Shown here one piece after another: positions 7,816 to 13,759 of a stretch of DNA of 32,000 bases (position 1 is its first letter; each line of letters starts with the position of its first letter). Location of the stretch: assembly GCF_000039765.1 (NCBI RefSeq), contig NC_004460.2:390001-422000 (forward strand). The letters run 5' to 3'. The position numbers were made by a program, and so were the translations under genes. The DNA comes from Vibrio vulnificus CMCP6 (GTDB taxonomy: Bacteria; Pseudomonadota; Gammaproteobacteria; Enterobacterales; Vibrionaceae). The notes below the pieces were generated by a model, which saw only the letters and a list, made by a program, of their open reading frames with translations, searched no databases and was not told the DNA's origin.

Positions 7816-8655
7816 ATGGAAAGCGTCACTGAATTGTCAAACGAACAACTGGAAATTCAGTTGTTACTTGAAGCGATATACCGCAAATATGGCTACGATT
7901 TTCGTGAATATTCGCTTGCCCATACCAAGCGTCGATTAGAGTATCGACGCGCCATCGAGGGCATGTCGAATTATTCGCAAATGCAGCACAAAGTGATCAA
8001 TGAGCCGCGATTCTTCGACCAAATGCTGTTGGACTTATCCATCAACGTCACCGAAATGTTCCGTGACCCTTGGTTCTATCGACGAGTGCGAGAGGTGATC
8101 ATCCCGCACTTGCAAACCTACCCTTTTGTCAAAGTGTGGCATGCCGGCTGCTCTGCTGGGCAAGAAGTGTACTCAATGGGCATTTTGTTGGAAGAAGAAG
8201 GCATGAAGGATCGCGCGCAAGTCTACGCGACCGATTTCAACGAAGCGATTTTAGAGAAAGCCAAGCAAGGCATTTACCCGATGGACCTGATTCGTCAGTA
8301 CACGGCCAACTACCAAGCTGCCGGGGGAAGTGCTTCGTTTTCCGACTACTATACGGCGGATTACGACAGCGTAATCATGAAGACAGCCCTGAGAGAGAAA
8401 ACTTTGTTTACCCCTCACAATTTGGCGACCGATGGCGTTTTTGGGGAAATGAATGTTATATTCTGCCGAAATGTATTGATCTACTTTAACCGTGAGCTTC
8501 AAGACCGCGTTTTTCGTCTGTTTTACGACAGTTTGATGCCGGGGGGCTTCCTGTGTCTTGGCTCTAAAGAATCAATGCGTTTTTCTTCTATCGCGGACAA
8601 GTTTGATCTGGTCTCCGAAAAAGAAAAGATCTATCGCAAGAAACGGATAAGGTAA
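7816..8655 (+). CDS. CheR-type protein-glutamate O-methyltransferase
   Basis: The ATG lies 1 nt after the kinase stop. CheR hallmarks are present: NVTEMFRDP, VWHAGCSAGQEVYSMGILL (SAM-binding), IFCRNVLIYF. Confidence 0.88.
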   Translation: MESVTELSNEQLEIQLLLEAIYRKYGYDFREYSLAHTKRRLEYRRAIEGMSNYSQMQHKVINEPRFFDQMLLDLSINVTEMFRDPWFYRRVREVIIPHLQTYPFVKVWHAGCSAGQEVYSMGILLEEEGMKDRAQVYATDFNEAILEKAKQGIYPMDLIRQYTANYQAAGGSASFSDYYTADYDSVIMKTALREKTLFTPHNLATDGVFGEMNVIFCRNVLIYFNRELQDRVFRLFYDSLMPGGFLCLGSKESMRFSSIADKFDLVSEKEKIYRKKRIR

Positions 8656-8657
8656 GC

Positions 8658-9239
8658 ATGGATTGTTGTAGGCACAAATATGAAGCAGTGGTAATCGGGG
8701 CATCCGCTGGAGGATTGGCCGCCGTTGCAACGGTATTACAGCAACTTAAGGATTCATTTTGTATCCCTATTTTGTTGGTTCAGCATATCAGTGCCTCTCC
8801 TGAGAGTTACATTGCCGCCCATTTTGATAGCAAGAGCCATTTGTCGGTCCATGAGGCAGAAGACAAGCAGCCAATCAAAAACGGCAACATGTACATCGCA
8901 CCACCCAATTACCATATGATGATAGAGACCGATGGTTGTATCGCACTGTCGGTCGATCCGCCCGTCAATTTTTCACGGCCTTCCATCGACGTGCTGTTCG
9001 AAACGGCGGCTGATTATTATAGAAACGCGTTGATCGGTATCGTATTGACAGGCGCTAATTCCGACGGTGCTTTAGGTCTCAAAAAAATCAAAACACTGGG
9101 TGGACTAACTCTAGTCCAATCCATTGATAGTGCAGAAGCGAAAGCCATGCCTGCTGCGGCCATGGCTGCCGTTGATGTCGACCACATCCTTTCTTTGGAA
9201 GAGATTGGTCATTATTTAAATACTTTATGTGATTGCTGA
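8658..9239 (+). CDS. CheB-type protein-glutamate methylesterase/glutaminase, catalytic domain only (no receiver domain)
   Basis: The ATG lies 2 nt after the CheR stop. At 193 aa it is the size of the CheB C-terminal domain alone. Catalytic-triad contexts are present: IGASAGG (Ser), LLVQHIS (His), LTGANSDGALG (Asp). Confidence 0.85.
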   Translation: MDCCRHKYEAVVIGASAGGLAAVATVLQQLKDSFCIPILLVQHISASPESYIAAHFDSKSHLSVHEAEDKQPIKNGNMYIAPPNYHMMIETDGCIALSVDPPVNFSRPSIDVLFETAADYYRNALIGIVLTGANSDGALGLKKIKTLGGLTLVQSIDSAEAKAMPAAAMAAVDVDHILSLEEIGHYLNTLCDC

Positions 9240-9241
9240 AC

Positions 9242-10258
9242 ATGCCTGATAAACCAACCCTACTCATCGTTGATGACAAAATCGAAAACCTACTGACTTT
9301 AGAAGGTTTACTAGAGTGCTTTGATGTCAATTTGGTGCGTGCCACGTCAGGCGAAGAAGCGCTTGCTCATACCTTAGACCACGACTTTGCCCTGGTCTTG
9401 CTTGATGTACAAATGCCAAACATGAATGGCTTTGAAGTCGCCGAGTTGATGCGAGGGAATCGCAAGACGCGCAATATCCCAATTATCTTTGTCACAGCCG
9501 CATCCAAGGCCGATGAACACATTTTTAAAGGGTATGAGCATGGCGCTGTTGATTACTTATTAAAGCCGCTGAATACCCTGGTGTTTCAAAGTAAGGTGCG
9601 TGTTTTTCTCGAGCTTTACGAGCAGCGACATGCACTTAAGAAAAAAACCTTAGAGTTCGATCAGAAATTGGCCGAATTGGAAGAGTTGCAGCAGCAACTC
9701 GAAGAGACCAACGAACAATTATTATTGCTGTCAACCACAGACAGTTTAACAGGCCTGAACAACCGCCGTCGTTTTGAAGAGATATTCCAAGACGAATGGC
9801 ACCGCTCACAACGTTCAAGTGTCCCTATTTCGATGATCATTTTTGACATAGACCACTTTAAGAAATACAACGACACCTTTGGCCATCAACAAGGCGATGA
9901 GTGCTTACGTATGATTGCGGAAGCCATTCGTAGCATGAAGCTTCGCTGTCTCGACAAAATCGCGCGCATTGGCGGTGAAGAGTTTGCCGTAATATTGCCT
10001 GAAACGGAAATGGAAGGCGCGAAACACGTTGCTAACCGCATTCGCACCACGATAGAAGAGCTAAGTATTACCCATAGTCATCATGCAACCTTGCCATACG
10101 TAACGGCAAGTCTCGGCGTTTGCTCCATCGTGCCAGAAATCGACACCAATCCACGGTTGCTTCTGAAAAAGGCCGATGAAGCCTTGTATCGCGCCAAACG
10201 TACTGGCCGCAATCGCATTGCCGAAGCGCAGTTTGATGAGTTGTACGAACAGATCTAA
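9242..10258 (+). CDS. Response regulator - coiled coil - GGDEF diguanylate cyclase (GGEEF active site, RxxD I-site)
   Basis: I prefer ATG 9242 (MPDKPTLLIVDD), 2 nt after the CheB stop, over the track's TTG 9233. REC motifs are LLDVQMPNMNG, FVTAA and YLLKP. The cyclase has RCLD-KIARI-GGEEF at 9944..9985. Confidence 0.9.
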   Translation: MPDKPTLLIVDDKIENLLTLEGLLECFDVNLVRATSGEEALAHTLDHDFALVLLDVQMPNMNGFEVAELMRGNRKTRNIPIIFVTAASKADEHIFKGYEHGAVDYLLKPLNTLVFQSKVRVFLELYEQRHALKKKTLEFDQKLAELEELQQQLEETNEQLLLLSTTDSLTGLNNRRRFEEIFQDEWHRSQRSSVPISMIIFDIDHFKKYNDTFGHQQGDECLRMIAEAIRSMKLRCLDKIARIGGEEFAVILPETEMEGAKHVANRIRTTIEELSITHSHHATLPYVTASLGVCSIVPEIDTNPRLLLKKADEALYRAKRTGRNRIAEAQFDELYEQI

Positions 10259-10282
10259 CTCGCGTTTTCTTTGTGTACATTG

Positions 10283-10301
10283 AGGGGCTGCGGCCCCTTT
10301 T
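10283..10301 (+). terminator. Rho-independent terminator closing the kinase-CheR-CheB-cyclase operon
   Basis: AGGGGC-tgcg-GCCCCT followed by TTTT, about 25 nt after the stop at 10258. Confidence 0.65.
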
Positions 10302-10483
10302 CTATGCTTTTTCTCTTCTTATTTCTTTGCCTATCCATCACCGCTCTTGTCACTCTCGCGTTTGGCCTTAACTTACTCCCTTACAACAAATTCTCACCAT
10401 TCGAGAAAAAGATAAATTTATTTCATTCCTTTTCCTATCTAATAAGAATTATATTTGTGTTATAGATTTGTACACGATAAAAA

Positions 10484-11221
10484 ATGATGAAAGACAACAA
10501 GATGAACGCCAATCAGGTTAATGAGAAAACCCTACAACTGCTGATGCAGGTTGCGGTGAACGACGAGCCCGTTTCAGCCAAGACCTTAAGTGAACAGCTT
10601 GCTGTTCCGCTCAGCAGCTTGTATCGCCATTTAAAGCTCCTAAAAGAGTGGAACCTGATTGAAGAAAGTGCCCATGAAAAAACCTTTATCGTGGGACCCG
10701 CCGCGTTACTTTTGATGCGTAGTTACCAAACGTCTCAACACAGTCTTGAATCTGTCGAGACAATTTTGGCGCGTTTGCAGCATCAAACCGGCGAGTTGGC
10801 GGCGTACATGGTGCCCGTGGGTTATCGCGCTTTGTGCGTTCGTCAAAAAGAGAGTATGCAGGCGCTACGCTGTAGCTACGTCCAGGGTCAAAGTCAACCT
10901 CTACTGCGTGGCGCCTCATCGAAAGTCATGTTGGCATTTATGCCACCTGAACGATGTGAAAGGATTTTACGCTACTTCGGCCAAGAAGCTCGTCTAAACG
11001 AGTGGCAAACCGAATTAGAGATGATTCGTAAAAACGGTTATGCCGTCAGCACATCAGAAATCGATCCCGGCGTGTCTGGCATCAGCGCCCCGGTAATGAA
11101 AGGAAGTAAATTGATCGGAGCGGTTTCCGTCATGGCTCCAGCTCATCGAGTTGAAGCGGATAAGCAGCGTATCATTTTACATGTTTTGCAGGCAGCGAGA
11201 GCGCTTCCACCAGAAAGGTAA
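10484..11221 (+). CDS. IclR-family transcriptional regulator
   Basis: It has an N-terminal winged HTH (AKTLSEQLAVPLSSLYRHLKLLKEWNLI) and a C-terminal IclR-type effector domain (GISAPVMKGSKLIGAVSVMAP). The exact start is uncertain because there is no clear RBS. Confidence 0.8.
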   Translation: MMKDNKMNANQVNEKTLQLLMQVAVNDEPVSAKTLSEQLAVPLSSLYRHLKLLKEWNLIEESAHEKTFIVGPAALLLMRSYQTSQHSLESVETILARLQHQTGELAAYMVPVGYRALCVRQKESMQALRCSYVQGQSQPLLRGASSKVMLAFMPPERCERILRYFGQEARLNEWQTELEMIRKNGYAVSTSEIDPGVSGISAPVMKGSKLIGAVSVMAPAHRVEADKQRIILHVLQAARALPPER

Positions 11222-11228
11222 TGCAGTC

Positions 11229-12065
11229 ATGTTAGGCTTTTTCAAACGCTATCAAAAGAACCATACAGTTCAACATCATCACTATCCGTACTCGTTTATC
11301 ACCGTCAGTGAGTACATCAAACCGATGACATTAGTAGAGTTTGAATCTGCCCAACAGAGCTTAGAAAACGCAAGCGAATGGCTTTATCAGAGCCATCAAA
11401 AGCGCAATATTGCGCTGTGCTCACATTTTAGTCATCACGATGTCGAAAACGGGCATTATCAAGAAACGTTGAGTCAAATGGTCTCGCGCCATGCCATCCC
11501 TGTCGTGTTGACCAATTGCCATGAAACTCTGCTCTCTGCCCTACCCGTCGTACTGGCAGGACATGAAGAGGTTGGTTTAATGAACATCAACCACAACATG
11601 GGACTGAAATCGACGCTGGATGTGAAGTTAGGTTCCGCCTACCATTTTGCGCTCACTCGCTACCCAAACAGCCGAGCGTTTTTTGTTGGCGTCAGTCAAG
11701 AATCAACTGCAAACGAGCTGTTTGAGTACGCGGAAGATCTCGGGTCCAATTGGCTTACGGAGAAAGAATTTTCTTTCCGTCATCGTTATGATGTGAAAGA
11801 ACAAATTGGGAACTTTATCGACCATTGTGACAAGCTCGTTCTCTCTATCGATTTGGCTTCTCTTGTCACCAAAGCCAATATTGATAATCACCATACACTG
11901 GATATTCAAATGGTACTGAGAACGCTGCGCCAATGTATTGTTTCTGGCAAAGTGTCACTCATTCAGTTGATTGGCTCTCGCGATGGCTTGATTTTCTCAA
12001 GAGAGTGCAAAGCGATCTTAGAAGAATTGGAGCAGCTTACTGAGTTTGCTCATCATGCAGCCTAA
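11229..12065 (+). CDS. Arginase/agmatinase/formimidoylglutamase-fold-like protein with degenerate metal-ligand motifs (function unknown)
   Basis: The start is moved to ATG 11229 (MLGFFKRY), 7 nt after the IclR stop; the track's 11151 start overlaps IclR. The motif order and spacing resemble ureohydrolases: PVVLTNCHE for xGGDHS, MNINHNMG for DAHxD, LSIDLASLV for SxDxDxxD. Most acidic ligands are replaced. This is a by-eye alignment only. Confidence 0.45.
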   Translation: MLGFFKRYQKNHTVQHHHYPYSFITVSEYIKPMTLVEFESAQQSLENASEWLYQSHQKRNIALCSHFSHHDVENGHYQETLSQMVSRHAIPVVLTNCHETLLSALPVVLAGHEEVGLMNINHNMGLKSTLDVKLGSAYHFALTRYPNSRAFFVGVSQESTANELFEYAEDLGSNWLTEKEFSFRHRYDVKEQIGNFIDHCDKLVLSIDLASLVTKANIDNHHTLDIQMVLRTLRQCIVSGKVSLIQLIGSRDGLIFSRECKAILEELEQLTEFAHHAA

Positions 12066-12092
12066 AAAAAATCACCCTCGCGGGTGATTTTC
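12064..12092. terminator. Bidirectional rho-independent terminator between convergent genes
   Basis: AAAAAAA-ATCACCC-tcgc-GGGTGAT-TTTT, read directly. Confidence 0.8.
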
Positions 12093-12108
12093 TATTTCTG
12101 TTCTCTCA

Positions 12109-13392
12109 TCAGTTACGACGAGCTTTGATTCGCTTCATCATCGCTAAGCGACGTTCCGCTGCCGCTTGATCCGTTGGCTCATTCGCGTTGTTACGACGGC
12201 CTTGACGATTCTTAAATGATGGCTTGCTGTTGAGCTTATCAATGTATGCTTCACGGCTCTTAGGCTCGTAACCCGCCAACTCGATGCGACGAATACGTTG
12301 TTGAATCAGATTTTCAACTTGAACCACCGTTAGCTCTTCTTCACGATTGACAAAAGAGACCGCATGACCTTGTTTTCCTGCACGACCAGTACGACCAATG
12401 CGGTGAACATAGTCTTCTGCCAAGAACGGCATGTCGTAGTTGACCACGTGTGGTAAATCTTCAATATCCAGACCGCGTGCCGCCACGTCGGTAGCAACCA
12501 TCACACGAACTTTTCCTTCTTTGAACTCTTCAAGCGCACGGCGACGCGCACTCTGCGCTTTATCACCATGACACACATTTGCTTTGATGCCGTCGAGCTT
12601 CAACTCTTTGACAATGTCGTTCGCCGTTTCTTTGTAGTTAACAAATACCAACACTTGTTGCCAGTTTTTACGACCGATCAACTCAGAAAGCAGTTCTGTT
12701 TTACGCTCTTGATCAACAGGATACAACACGTGCGCTACCGTATGCGCCGTGGTGTTTTCGCGCTCGACCGCAATACGTTTTGGCTTGCGAAGAATGTCTT
12801 TGGACAATTCATTCAATTGGCTTGATGTGGTTGCTGAGAACATCATGATTTGTGGGTTGGTTTCAACATCCAACATGATCTTACGCACAGCGTTGATGAA
12901 GCCCATATCGAGAATACGGTCAGCTTCATCAAAGACAAGGAATTCGATGTTCGCCACTGACACATTGCCTGACTCGATGTGCTCTTCTAGACGACCAGGT
13001 GTCGCAACGAGGATATCGACGCCATTCTCAAGCATACGCTCTTGGCTCGACATTTTTCGACCACCAAAGATCGCCGCCACAGAGAGATTCGTGTACTTGG
13101 TATAGGCCTTAATGTTATCCGCAATCTGCTCTGCCAGCTCTCGAGTTGGCGCAAAAATCAGTGCTCTCGCCGTTTTACGCGAAGCAGACTTTCCGCTTTC
13201 GAGCAATTGTTGGATCAGTGGAAGAGAAAAAGCCGCTGTTTTACCCGTTCCTGTTTGAGCGGTAGCAAAAATATCGTGCCCGCGACGTGCAACAGGAATG
13301 GCTTTTTGCTGAATTGGGGTTAGCTTTTCGTAACCGCACTCTTCGAGCGCTTTCACGACTTCCGGAGCAAAACCTTGAGATGCAAATGACAT
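12109..13392 (-). CDS. rhlE: DEAD-box ATP-dependent RNA helicase RhlE
   Basis: The start is moved to ATG 13392 (MSFASQGF), which has AAGGA about 9 nt upstream. Motifs: Q motif GYEKLTPIQ, AQTGTGKT, VFDEADRILDMGF, SAT, HRIGRTGRAG, and a basic C-terminal tail. Confidence 0.88.
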   Translation of the reverse strand: MSFASQGFAPEVVKALEECGYEKLTPIQQKAIPVARRGHDIFATAQTGTGKTAAFSLPLIQQLLESGKSASRKTARALIFAPTRELAEQIADNIKAYTKYTNLSVAAIFGGRKMSSQERMLENGVDILVATPGRLEEHIESGNVSVANIEFLVFDEADRILDMGFINAVRKIMLDVETNPQIMMFSATTSSQLNELSKDILRKPKRIAVERENTTAHTVAHVLYPVDQERKTELLSELIGRKNWQQVLVFVNYKETANDIVKELKLDGIKANVCHGDKAQSARRRALEEFKEGKVRVMVATDVAARGLDIEDLPHVVNYDMPFLAEDYVHRIGRTGRAGKQGHAVSFVNREEELTVVQVENLIQQRIRRIELAGYEPKSREAYIDKLNSKPSFKNRQGRRNNANEPTDQAAAERRLAMMKRIKARRN

Positions 13393-13759
13393 TGAGCGTT
13401 TCCTTAAACAGACAATAATGGTTCGCCGATACAAATGGCCGCACATTCTACATGAAAATGAGTGATATATCTCAATCTAGTGAAAATTTTTTAGGATTTT
13501 GAAAAATACGCTTCCCTGATTCTAAATGGTTCTGCGGCAAATGGGTCAAATTTGGTGCAATTCACCACCGCAGACACATTCTTCAACAATTAATCGGCCC
13601 AAAAACACAGAACAACAAACGGTATAGTATTGATTATTGGTCAGACCTCATGGTTAAATTCGGCCCATAAAAACAATACAAAACAATACAAAACACAAAA
13701 TATAAACACTATTTTTCGCTTACTGCCATTGTTTCCATTAAGTTTGTAGGAAATTTTAG

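Noticed and set aside
8070-8502. 139-aa + strand ORF and 83-aa - strand ORF inside the CheR gene
   Set aside because: They are nested alternate frames with Arg/Ser-rich nonsense composition. The CheR frame carries all the family motifs.
10271-10465. 64-aa ORF in the pyrimidine-rich spacer after the cyclase gene
   Set aside because: It has no RBS, begins inside the operon terminator, and its Leu/Phe-rich composition simply reflects the T/C-rich strand.
11151-11228. Upstream start (11151) for the arginase-fold gene, and extended starts for rhlE (13446), the ABC ATPase (27957) and the binding protein (30371)
   Set aside because: Each extension either overlaps the preceding gene or runs through a terminator or leader. 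Internal ATGs with good RBS give canonical N-termini: a signal peptide for the binding protein and MSFASQGF for the helicase.
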